Origin: Flectonema sp. DT1601
Lineage: Eukaryota
Assembly (NCBI GenBank): GCA_964019425.1
Contig: OZ025791.1
Location: 868,001-932,000, forward strand
Direction: 5' to 3'
DNA length: 64,000 nt
Every line of letters begins with the position of its first letter. The stretch's first letter is position 1. Positions 47,306 through 58,180 of this stretch are shown one piece after another. Position numbers and translations under genes: made by a program. The notes under the pieces were generated by a model, which was not told the DNA's origin, did no database searches, and worked only from the letters and a program-made list of their open reading frames with translations.

Positions 47306-49408
47306 ATGATGATTTCAGTGCTGCTATGCAGCATGATGTTAGCAGGAGTCGAACTTGCTAAAGTGTATGCTGTCTCAGATGCACTGTTGATGGATGAATT
47401 AGAAAGCCAGCGACTAGGACCAAACACTGAAGATGATCAACTACTTCGAATGGAGAATGAGTTAGAATGGTTAAGGTTTAATGGAGCTGAATTTATAAAA
47501 ATGAAAGCATCAGTTCTTGATGACCCATACATGATTGATGGAGGACATGGAATGGTCGCAACTGAAGATATCGAAGAAGGTGAAATACTTGCAAAGATTC
47601 CTGAGAGTTTATTCTTTACAGTTGATAATGTTGTTAGAAAATCAAAACCTTCTTCATCTCCATCAAAGATGCTTGATGAAGCTAAGTCAGCACTGCTGAC
47701 TCCATCAGACTTGACTAAGTTATGTCTTTTACATGAAATTGAACACAAAGAAGATGAAAAATCATTCTGGAAGCCATGGTTGCGTTCTCTTGACGACTTT
47801 GATCCGTTTCCAAGTACTCTCAGTCAACACGGTTTGATGGATTCATCAGCCCTTTTACAAGCTGCACAGGAGGTTATAAACTTTCAACGTCTTAATTGGC
47901 AGAAATCTCTTTCAAAATTCATCAAGTCATTCCCAGAGTACAAAAATCTTTTACAAGGAGATAATTGGAAACTAGCTGCATTCCTATTCGAAAAACATGG
48001 AAGAAAGAGTGGTGGTGGTGATGGCAAACACCAAACAATGATGTTGATACCTGGACTTGATTTATTCCAAAAAAGATTTGGTCAGACCGCCTGGGGATAC
48101 ACAAACAGTGATAATTGCATAACAATTTACTCTGTGCAGAATATCAAACAGGGAAATCAGATCTTTATTGACGGTTTGGTTAATAAAAAGAATATGTTAG
48201 GAAGGCTACAACACAGCTTATCTTCGAATTGTTTTTCATGGATGGGTGTGGTGATCCTTCCGGAGACTCCACCAGTGCTATCTGAACGTGATCAAAGTCG
48301 TTTTTATTCACTTCCGATTACACCACGGAATTCAACTGAAGGACGTAATTGGTACTACACTTTAACCTTGTCAGCACCACCTTTTGAATTAATAAATACG
48401 GTCAGAATGAAATACTTAGAAAGAGTAAAAGATGGAAAGCTAACAGCAGCAGAAGCAGAAGTTGAAGTCCTTTCTGATACCATTTCAGTAATTGTGTCTA
48501 CTCTGAGAAATGCTACGAGAGAACCAAATTCTAATTTAAGATCCTTACGAAGATGGCTCATTATTCACAGAGAGTCAAATCTAAAAAGACGAGCAGTCAT
48601 ACTTCGTGTAATGCACATCCATGTTTTGACACATAATATTTTATTATTGGGAAGACTTAAACAGGAGTTAGAGAACAAGATTTCAAACACGCAATCAATT
48701 GGGAATATGGGAATCATAAACCAACAATCACCTCATCACATTCTAGTTACGCAATATCGACTAACGTTTAGTTTATCAATAATCGCTATAAGAATTGCGA
48801 AACTGAATAGAATTAGGGAAGTTTTGGGAAAGCTTCCCGTTGTACTTCCATACGGTCATTTTTTAAATACGTTTTCAAGTAAATTAGTTTCAGACTTAGC
48901 GGGAATTTCTGATGTTGATGATTTACTAAAGCAAATGCGACCTCCACTACGAGAAACAGAAGATAAAATGCTATCAATCTTGAAGTGTGATGTGTTAGCT
49001 TTATTGTGTAGATCGATGAATTGGAAAGATCACACAACTGTTGATCAATTGTTGCAGTTGGGAAGTGATATTGTTTCTCCTGATTCGTTATTCTCACAAG
49101 GGTTGTCTTCTCGGAGGAGGGATTCTCTTCATGGTCATCGTCTTCTTCATGCTGCTGTTATGGAGTCAGATTCTCAAATAATCAAAACTTTATTATTCTA
49201 CGGCTCATCAACCAAATCAAAAACTCTCCTTCCTAAAGATGCTGGTGATGTAGCACTTCATTATGCTAGTAAGCTTCGTCAGGTTAGTACTTTCGCGTCA
49301 CTTGAGATTATGCAGTTGTTACTTGATGCAGATACAGCACATGAAGCATCGTCCTCAGGTTCTAATTATGTAAAACTAAGTGACGTTGAAAAGTACCCAC
49401 AGCTATAG
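47306..49408 (+). CDS. SET-domain (Rubisco-LSMT-like) protein with signal peptide and C-terminal ankyrin repeats
   Basis: WLRFNGA, GHGMVATEDIEEGEILAKIP, SFWKPWLRSL, MLIPGLDL, IKQGNQIFI; LLHAAV..IIKTLLFYGS and ALHYAS..IMQLLLDA. Confidence 0.8.
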   Translation: MMISVLLCSMMLAGVELAKVYAVSDALLMDELESQRLGPNTEDDQLLRMENELEWLRFNGAEFIKMKASVLDDPYMIDGGHGMVATEDIEEGEILAKIPESLFFTVDNVVRKSKPSSSPSKMLDEAKSALLTPSDLTKLCLLHEIEHKEDEKSFWKPWLRSLDDFDPFPSTLSQHGLMDSSALLQAAQEVINFQRLNWQKSLSKFIKSFPEYKNLLQGDNWKLAAFLFEKHGRKSGGGDGKHQTMMLIPGLDLFQKRFGQTAWGYTNSDNCITIYSVQNIKQGNQIFIDGLVNKKNMLGRLQHSLSSNCFSWMGVVILPETPPVLSERDQSRFYSLPITPRNSTEGRNWYYTLTLSAPPFELINTVRMKYLERVKDGKLTAAEAEVEVLSDTISVIVSTLRNATREPNSNLRSLRRWLIIHRESNLKRRAVILRVMHIHVLTHNILLLGRLKQELENKISNTQSIGNMGIINQQSPHHILVTQYRLTFSLSIIAIRIAKLNRIREVLGKLPVVLPYGHFLNTFSSKLVSDLAGISDVDDLLKQMRPPLRETEDKMLSILKCDVLALLCRSMNWKDHTTVDQLLQLGSDIVSPDSLFSQGLSSRRRDSLHGHRLLHAAVMESDSQIIKTLLFYGSSTKSKTLLPKDAGDVALHYASKLRQVSTFASLEIMQLLLDADTAHEASSSGSNYVKLSDVEKYPQL

Positions 49409-49775
49409 TTGAATCTAGTTAGTTGATTTAGTTTTATCAACAGCATCTTTTTGTAGTAAATACAAAAAAGTTAGCTTTCTGTTATTATTGTTATTCGTAT
49501 CGGTCGTTCATCAACTCTCTTTATGATTAGCGGAACATTTGATTTTTCCTCGTTTGATTTTTTGTTTTTTGTTTTTTTATTCATGTTCATGTTCTGTCTG
49601 CTAGTTGCAGTTGATTGTATTTCTGAGTGATGAGAATTTCTTTAAATTCCTTTTTTTCTTCTACTGTAACCTCACAACATGTAAGCGATAATGATTAAAG
49701 TAATTTCTTTTTTATTTATTCATTTATTTTTAAATTAACCATTTCCTCAACAAGTGCACTGTTTTCATCACACAG

Positions 49776-50362
49776 ATGACGATCGGAAGCGATGAAACAG
49801 CAGGTACAAAAAAAAGCACCCCAAACAGCGGTGATCAAAAAGTAGGTGAAAAGGTTATGGAAGACCAATGGCAAAAAATAAAAACTCAGAGAGGACAACT
49901 GGCAAGCAAAGATCAAAAAATGAATAAAATGCATCACATGCTTACACTACAAGGTCAGCAATTAGAGGTTATGGAAAAAAGAAGAAAGAGAGAAGAGGAG
50001 TTGGTAGTTCTCAATGCGAGTCAACCACAGTCAAAAGAAACACTTCAATCAGCTGTTAGCGCTTTGCAAATGACACTTCAGGAAAAAGAAAAACGAATAG
50101 CTAGACTCACAGGAGAGTTAAAAAAGTCCCTTGATCAGACAACCCACATGACTAATAAAGTCTCATTAATCTCAACTAAGTTACAAGAAGTATGTACAAT
50201 TCTCTTTAGTGTGTTTGATGGCGTTTAATCGTTTTTTTCCTCCATAAATTAATTAAAAATCAGATAGAAGAAAACCAACCAACTCCTGAATTTAGCCATC
50301 GAAATGACAGTGAAGCAACGTTGATAGACATAAGTAATAACATTATCTGTACAATATGTTGA
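49776..50362 (+). CDS. Coiled-coil protein; exons 49776-50189, 50264-50362
   Basis: Heptad-rich ORF; phase-0 GTATGT..CAG intron. Confidence 0.65.
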
Positions 50363-50783
50363 CCTGTCTTTTTTTTTGTAAAAAAATATTCATATTTGTG
50401 TATACCTGTTGTGCAATATAAAAACCACACTTTTTTTTTTTTTTTTTTAAAAAAATTTCTTCGTTTCTAGCTTTTGACTCATAGAAGTGTGTTGTGAGAT
50501 TTGGTGGTTTTTTTTTTCTAGTTGCAAATATCGTACAAACGGGAAAAAAAAAAAAAAATAGTAATAATTCGGTCTCTGCTGCTGCCACCGTGCAGAAGTA
50601 CTGACATTTTTTTCTTCTTTTTTTTTTTTTTGTATTCAGCTATGGTCTTCAATGTACGTATCCGCGTTATCTTTTCGTTATGTTTAGTTAAGGTATTAAA
50701 TTATTTTTTATAAGCCTTCTTCTCCGGTTAATCAATTGTGAAAATTAAAATAGTTGATAACCTTGTAACGCTTGTACTCCTAC

Positions 50784-50815
<32 letters not shown>

Positions 50816-51110
50816 TTAAGACGTCGATGGTAAGAGCCTCATTGTATCTTCACCTCATGTGTGGGCATTAGCTCTCATTTTTGTTCAACTGTGAAGGGGA
50901 AGGGGAAAAAAAAAAAGTTGTTATGACAAAACAATAAGAAAACAAACGAAAAGCGAAAAAAGGTGAGGCTCTGCTTTTATACTGACCTGACAGACACCTC
51001 TGCTGAGCTTCCTTCAGCATACGGTTCTATCTGCAGTCAATGGTGTGTTTTCCATGGATGATTCTTAGTCGTATTATTACTTTCATTCAACAACAGTGTG
51101 TGGAGGTCAC

Positions 51111-54004
51111 ATGGACTGGCGGGGAGGTGATTATGAGTTAGGTGGCGTCAGCCCTCAATCATCACCAGGCCTTGGAATTAGATCAGGATGGGTTAAGAGT
51201 CCTGACATTGGAAAGTCAGTAGGAGTTACAAACAATAGATGGGGAAAGTCTTCAGAGAGAAGTCTAAGTGGGATATCAACGATGTCAACTATGCAAGGTG
51301 GATTTGATTCTGAGAGATTCTCACAATTAGAAGTTATGGTGTCGCAGTTAGCTGCACAAACAAAACCAATATCAAACCTGTTTGAAGATATGCAGTTATT
51401 GAAATCTCACGTAATGCAACAACAACAACAACAACAGTCTGTACAGAGTCATCAACCTCCACCAATCTCACCTGGTCGGCGATCAGGTCGATCTTCAGTT
51501 CAAAGTACACCACGCAGTGTGATATCTCGCTCTCGGTCACCTCATAAAGTTCGATTTGTGAATGACGTTCAAATAACAACAGCTGACTTGACTCAAGTTA
51601 CAACAATTGAGTACAGTGGTGACCTTCAATTAAGGCAATCTGGAAGGGAAAGTATCTGTTTATCAGCTGACTTAACGATTAGATTAAATGGAGATAAACT
51701 GTCATTTCAACACACACATGACAGAAGTGTTGTATGTGAGACGTTAGTTTCTCAATTAACAGCTGTGGATTCTGGGTCATGTCCTGAAATTTGTACTGTT
51801 CAGGTAATGGCTGGTCCTGAAGTAGAAATCCACGGACCTCCCTCAAAGATATTATCTCTAATAAGAATGATTAGTGTTCGTGCAGGTCTGACTGATACTC
51901 AATCAACTGTTGCAAATCAAAGTAATCTTTTAGATGTTACTGATGAGTCATTTACTCCAATTGTTACTCCGAAGATACCTCCTCTTCCATCATCAGCAAC
52001 TACTCTACTTGATAAGTCATTCACTCCAGTAATTGCTTCTGTCTCTGGAGTTACTTCAGATAGAAGTTCAGAATACAAGAATCCTGTCTTCGTACAATAT
52101 GAAGAAGAAGTAGAGAAATCAAGACTGCGAGAGTTGCAGCGAACAAAAGAACGCGACGAAGAGCGAGAGCGAATCCGCCAACGCTGGAGAGAACGAAGAG
52201 AACAACGTGAACGTGAATACGATCAAGAACTACTTATGAAGCAGCAACAGGATGAAGAACGTGAATGGGATCTGCGCACACGTCGGGAGAAAGATCTCGA
52301 GAGAGAACAACACCTTCGAGAAGCAGCAGCAGCCATGTCTGAGCAAACTAGGACTTTAGAGCTTCAAAAACAAGAGGAAATCCTGGCTATTAAGAAAAAA
52401 GAACTTGAACTATCAAAGTATGCCACTCTAGCAAAGGAACGCGAACATGAGCGATCCCTTCTAGCTGAGGCAGCCATCACGCGAGACAAGATCGAAATGG
52501 AGCAGCGCAGCAAACTCCTCCTCGAGGAAGAATTACAACATAAGAAACACGAAGCTGATCGAGAGAGATTCAACTCTATGGTTCTCCGTCGTCAAAACCT
52601 TTTGAAAGATAATAATCGCCGCTTTGACGAACGTCGTTTGCAGCAACAACTTGAACGACAGCGTCAAAAGGAAACTTCCTTCAAAGCAAGAGAAGAAACA
52701 ACCAACATCATTCAACGTGAGTCTGAAGATCGTCAAAAGCACATCAAACGCATGCAAGACAAAAAACTCGAAGAACAACAACGACGATCAGATGCAAATG
52801 CTCTAAGAGACTTAGCTGCGAAGATAGCTTCAGAAGAAAAACGGCTTCAAGTATGTATTCCTATCATCCAAGTTCCGAATGCTTTGATTTAGAAAACAAT
52901 ATTTATTTTATCTTAAACCTGCTTCTACGACAATAACCAACCAAAACAGGATACAACAAAGTCTGTCAGGGACGCTGAAATAAATAGAAAACTCGTAGAA
53001 GAACAAGTTAAGAAGGTATTTATCTTAAAGTTGTTTTTATCCTTCTGACTGTTTGGTACAAGGAAAAAAAAAATAAAAAAACCCTAAATAAACAACAGAT
53101 TGGAGAAGAAGAACAACAGCGTAGAGAAGTTCAGGATGCGGAACTTAAGAGAAAGTCCGACTCCCTAAAGAAGGAAGAGGAGCTTTCAAAACAGGCTGCC
53201 GCAGAAGCAAAGAAGCAACAGTTGGAGGCCGAAGAAGAGCGCAAGCGACAACTAGCAAGCGCAGAAGAAGCAAAACAAGCCGCAGCGAAGGCCGAAGAAA
53301 TCAGTAAGAAAGAAATTGCAGAAGCGGAGGCAACGAAAAAAGCAGCCGAGGCTGAGGCGAAAAAGCAACTTGCGGAGTTGGAGGAAGCAAAGAAGAAGCA
53401 TAGCGTACAAGATGAAGCAAGGAAAAAGGAATTAGAAGAAGAGGTGAAGCGAGCTCAAGCAGCACAGGCAGAAGCAAAGAAGCAACAAGACCAAGCAGAC
53501 GCAGCGAGACAGAAACAAGCGAGTGAACAGCAAGCGGCGCAGCAAAAGATCGAAGAGGCAAAGCGACAACAGGAAGCAGCGGCACAAGAGACAGCTCGTG
53601 TGAAGGCAGAGCAAGAGAAGGCCGCGCTCCTTAAGAAACAGGAAGAGCAAAAGGCTGCTGAAGACAAAAAAAAGGCCGATGAGGAGGCAAAGAAGAAGGC
53701 CGACGAGGCGAAGAAGAAGTCTGACGAAGCAGCCAAGGACGTAAAACCAGCTCCCAATCTCACAAAAGCTGTCTCTTTCGAAGGTGTTCCAGCAACTGCA
53801 GCTGCGGCTGAAAAGCCGGCCAAAAGCAAAAAAAGCAAAAAGGGTGACAAGAAGGAGCTCTCAGAGGAGGAAGAAAAAGAAGCTCTCGCCAATGGATGGA
53901 AGAAATCATTTAATAAAGCGAAACAAAAGTATTTCTACAAACACGAAAGTGGAGTCAAGACTTGGGACTTAGCCAGCGGTATAAAAAAGTTAAAGGCGCA
54001 ATAA
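51111..54004 (+). CDS. Large charged coiled-coil protein with C-terminal WW domain; exons 51111-52850, 52950-53015, 53099-54004
   Basis: Two phase-0 introns link the ORFs; E/R/K/A-rich helix; GWKKSFNKAKQKYFYKHESGVKTW is WW-like. Confidence 0.8.
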
Positions 54005-54408
54005 TCCCTCTTCTCGGAAGAGGGAGAAAAACAAGATATCTTTTTTTCTCTTTTTTTTTTTGTAACATTCTTGACATTTTAGACGATTTTAATATTTTTG
54101 TATCTTAAAAATGTAATAAAACTGATGCGAAAAAAAAAAAAAAACACACAATCTGTTTCAATATTTTGATTTGATCTGTTCAGTTAGATATATCTGTACG
54201 AATGAATCCCATGTTCATCCCTTGTTTTATTACTTTTTTCCCTCCCAGACTTCTACACTGATGATGAGAGAATAAAGGTTACTTTATGCTTTACTGTATC
54301 CTTAACAGATTGTTAAATTATCGTGTGACATACCTACAGTTTGTATTTTTATAAAATTCAAACATTCAACTCCCAGATCTTTTTGACAAAAAAAAAAAAA
54401 AAAAAAAC

Positions 54409-55611
54409 ATGGCCATCCAACGAAGTCACCTAGTTGATGACCAAGGAGTAATGAGCATAAAACGCAGACTAATATTATTCACATCAAACGTTACTATTGT
54501 TGTGGTATATTTAATAATCGGAGGCTACAGCATGAAAGCATTAGAACGACCAAACGAAGAAAACAGAAGAGAAGAACTAGCAACTTTATTTGACGACTTA
54601 GGCTTGAATCAAACACAAAGAGACCTTCTCATTGATTATGCAGTATGTGAATTTGATCATCGTGGAGAGCCCAAGTGGACTCTAACGGGGTCAATTTTCT
54701 ATTCGATGACAGTAATTACGACTATTGGATATGGAAGCTTTGCTCCTTCAACTTATAATGGGAAATCGTTTACTGTAATTTATGGATTCTTTGGTATCAG
54801 TATTATCGGTCAACTTCTTGCTTCTTGTGCTGGAATCCTAATAGGAATAGGAAAAGCTCTCATCCAAAGAGCCCTTCACAGAGATGAAGACTATATACCC
54901 AGAGACCCTTGGAAAGAATGGTCAAAGGTCTGGAAGCAGTATGTTACAGATGAGGGTGCCTCGATTGATAGTTTTTTACCTTTGATAGAAGCGATCACTG
55001 GCTCCCCAGTTCATGACGACGTTTTAATTACGCACATCAAGTCAGAAATTGAAGAAGGAGATAATGGTTTAATTCCTGTATCAGAATTGGCAAGAGGGGT
55101 CGCTTTATGGTTTCAGTCAGCCACAGCTGTACCTAAAAAGACGTCGTGGAGGTTTGCATCGGGAATCATTATTGCTTCTGCGTGTTGGATTCTTCTTTGG
55201 GGATTTGTTTTCTCTAAGATTGAAGGCTGGAAATACAGAGAATCGCTGTGGTTTAGCTTCATTACTTTATCAACGATTGGGTTTGGTGACTTCACTCCGG
55301 AAACAAAAGTTGGCAGAGCTCTATCATTCTTATTTATTATTCCTGGGCTTGGTCTTGGAGCCGCCTCTCTAGGTACTATTTGGGACCTGTTCGAATCTTA
55401 CAGATTTTGGTGCCTTCAAAACCTTATGAAGAGGGGATTAATATCTCGGAAGGTTCTCGAAGCTCATGATATCCCACTCGCATTCAAACCCAGAGGAAGG
55501 TCTTACAAGTTTATATATCCTAAGGCTGATAAGTCAAGCTCTGGAATGACCGAACCGTCTCTTATGACTCCCTTTGCAATTGGAAATGAAGAAGATCAAT
55601 TTAAACTCTGA
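54409..55611 (+). CDS. Two-pore-domain potassium channel (K2P-like)
   Basis: Two selectivity filters, TTIGYG and STIGFGD, with a 4-TM layout. Confidence 0.92.
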   Translation: MAIQRSHLVDDQGVMSIKRRLILFTSNVTIVVVYLIIGGYSMKALERPNEENRREELATLFDDLGLNQTQRDLLIDYAVCEFDHRGEPKWTLTGSIFYSMTVITTIGYGSFAPSTYNGKSFTVIYGFFGISIIGQLLASCAGILIGIGKALIQRALHRDEDYIPRDPWKEWSKVWKQYVTDEGASIDSFLPLIEAITGSPVHDDVLITHIKSEIEEGDNGLIPVSELARGVALWFQSATAVPKKTSWRFASGIIIASACWILLWGFVFSKIEGWKYRESLWFSFITLSTIGFGDFTPETKVGRALSFLFIIPGLGLGAASLGTIWDLFESYRFWCLQNLMKRGLISRKVLEAHDIPLAFKPRGRSYKFIYPKADKSSSGMTEPSLMTPFAIGNEEDQFKL

Positions 55612-58180
55612 AGATGTTCGTTAGTCACATTTTTTTACTTTTTTGACAATGAACCACCATATTGTGTCCTGCGGATCTGCTTTTTGTAATCAGGCTCCGC
55701 CTTTTATTATTTTTTTTTCAGTAAAAAAAAAGCAGTTAAGTTTAGTTTCGTTTTTTTTTTTTTTTTTTTTTGTTGTTATTTTAATTTTTGTTTTCCGATG
55801 ATAAGTCATTGTACGTGTTCAATAGGATACGTAAACCATAAAGTTAGTTTAAATACTTTACAGATCTGAAATAGAGTAATAAATAAGTGCCTCTTACAAT
55901 CGATACGGCATCGTATGGGGCTCAGGTGATTGGTTATTTTATTTCTTTTTGAATAATTGTTTCTCTCTCTTCCTCTGATGGTTTTCACCATCGAACCTTT
56001 TCAGAATACATTGGCGTGCGTTGCTCAGATGAGTAAAGCCACTGCCTGAAACGAATCCACAAAGAGATTTGTACTCGATGGTTGTGACTGTTTCTTTCTC
56101 TGGTAGTCCCCTAATTGAATTTATGGCTATTCCCCTTGGTTTATCACATCCGATTAAGTCATGATTATTTTAGTTTTTTGTTACTTGACCATATTTGCTT
56201 GTGGTCATTGCTTTCTATTTCTTTTAAAAAAATAAATAAAAAAAAGGATCTTTTTTCTCACCCTGTCTGCATTGGTTCAGATGGATTGACGAAAACACCC
56301 CTTTATTTATGTTACTATTTTTTGTTCCTCACTTTTATTTTTATTCTTTTTTTTTCTTTATTTTTTTTCTCGTAACGTAATCTTGTTGTTGGGGAATTTT
56401 TTTTTCTTTTTTTTTTTTTTTTTTTTAAAAGAAAGAAAAGGCAAATAAAAGAATGAAACAATGAAACAAATGCTCAATGACCTATGAAGATTGGACCAGT
56501 CATAAACACGTAGTTTGTGATGGTCTTAGTCTGTTAGCTTATATTAATACTTAGATTCGGAGTGAATTACAATCTGCAATCATAAAAAGGATAAACGTTG
56601 TTAGGTAGAGTGACATCACATAAGATCCTGTCTTGTGAAAAGAGTAGTGTGTACGCTCCGCAAACTTCAATTTTTTATTTTATTTTTTATTTTTATTTTT
56701 TTTTTTAATAATTTTTTTTTTTGTAATAAAGTTTTATTATCAATTTAATAGGTCCGGCGCAGTTATGACCTTAAACTGACTGTCATCTTGCCTGATCCTT
56801 TTGGTTTTCATTTCTTGCTGAGTGATATGGCTATGTGCTGCCCAATTTTTTGTGGTACATTTCTAAAGCTTTTCGGTAAGCCCGCAGTACAATTGTAATG
56901 CTTTGGACAACTGGGGGTGAACGATCCTCGGTACTGTTCCGGGGTTTTCTATTTTCTTTCGTGGAGTGTGGGTATATGGCACACATATGGTCGTATTATA
57001 AAGAAAGATGTATATGAAAGAAAGAAGATTTTTTATATTTTTCACCTTCCCCCCACTCCCAGATCATTTCTCTTTTATTTCCTTTAGTTGTTTACAACCT
57101 GTTAGCCTCTGGGCAAGGTGGAGGCTGGAAGTCGATCACTTCCAGCCAATACTATGAAACTACAATCTTCGCGATTGGGTCCTTACTGATGCGGGCTACC
57201 CAGACCCCTCGTAGTCATCAGTTTGTATTTTGCTAATACATCAAATGGAGAGTATTCTAACTAACTAAGTATTCGTTATTATTATTTTATATTTATACCT
57301 TGCCACTTATGGATGCTCCCAAAAAAATTGGGTGCTGGCGACGCATTTCTTATGTCTCGTGAGTGGCTTAGAAAGGATTACTTGGATTGTCTTTCTTCTT
57401 TAATCAGTTTTTTTTACCTTGCTGGGGGCATTTATGTCAACCCAGTGATGTGTAAAAACGCAGAAGAGAACAAAGCGACACACAGATATATTAAAGCAGC
57501 CATTTGAATATAAATTCTGGTGTATAATTGTTGTCCCTCCCAAACTTCCCCATTTGTTGTTTGCATTTTCAAGTGTCTCAAATAACAATATTATTGTTAG
57601 AAATGAACAGGTGCGTTGTAACATTGAAAAAAAAAAAAAAAAAAAAAAAAGTGGAAACGTAGCCTGGATTACCACCCTTTGGGAAGAAGGTAGGCTGTCC
57701 ACCGTATATGTAATTGATCATTACTTTTTTATTATTTCTTGATTATTGATACATGTCACTTATAAACTATTTATCCCTACTAAAGGGGTGTGTATTCGTG
57801 TTGCTTATTTAGGTACTCAAAACCTTTTTGTTATGTTATTTTTGTTTTGTTGTTATGTTCTTACTGCTGCTGTCCGATTTCAGATGTACAGTAAATCTTT
57901 ATTTTATAGAAGCTGTTCATTTTAACAGGAACAGAGAGAGCAAAAAACTGTAAGGGACCGGTCCAGACCACGACCGACGATGGAAGACACGACTCGGCAG
58001 CCACACCAGGGCCCGCTTCAGTGATCACCGCCGGCCAGAAGGAAGCCGAGACGCAGTCCCTGCCGGTCCCCCGTCCTAATTGATCCAACTTCTGGCCCAA
58101 CCGGAGGGATCGACCTGTCTACGGGATTGGAGTGTATTAATTACGACTACTTAATTGTTTACAGCAAACCCATAAACAAA

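Noticed and set aside
53301..53892. Minus-strand ORFs here and opposite other genes (e.g. 4347-4646, 7066-7407, 12759-13043)
   Set aside because: Antisense shadows of low-complexity + strand coding sequence with no motifs.
56015..56085. Hammerhead-like motif (cagatgag..gaaac..gta)
   Set aside because: Core reads CAGAUGA rather than CUGANGA, and stems I and II do not form convincingly.
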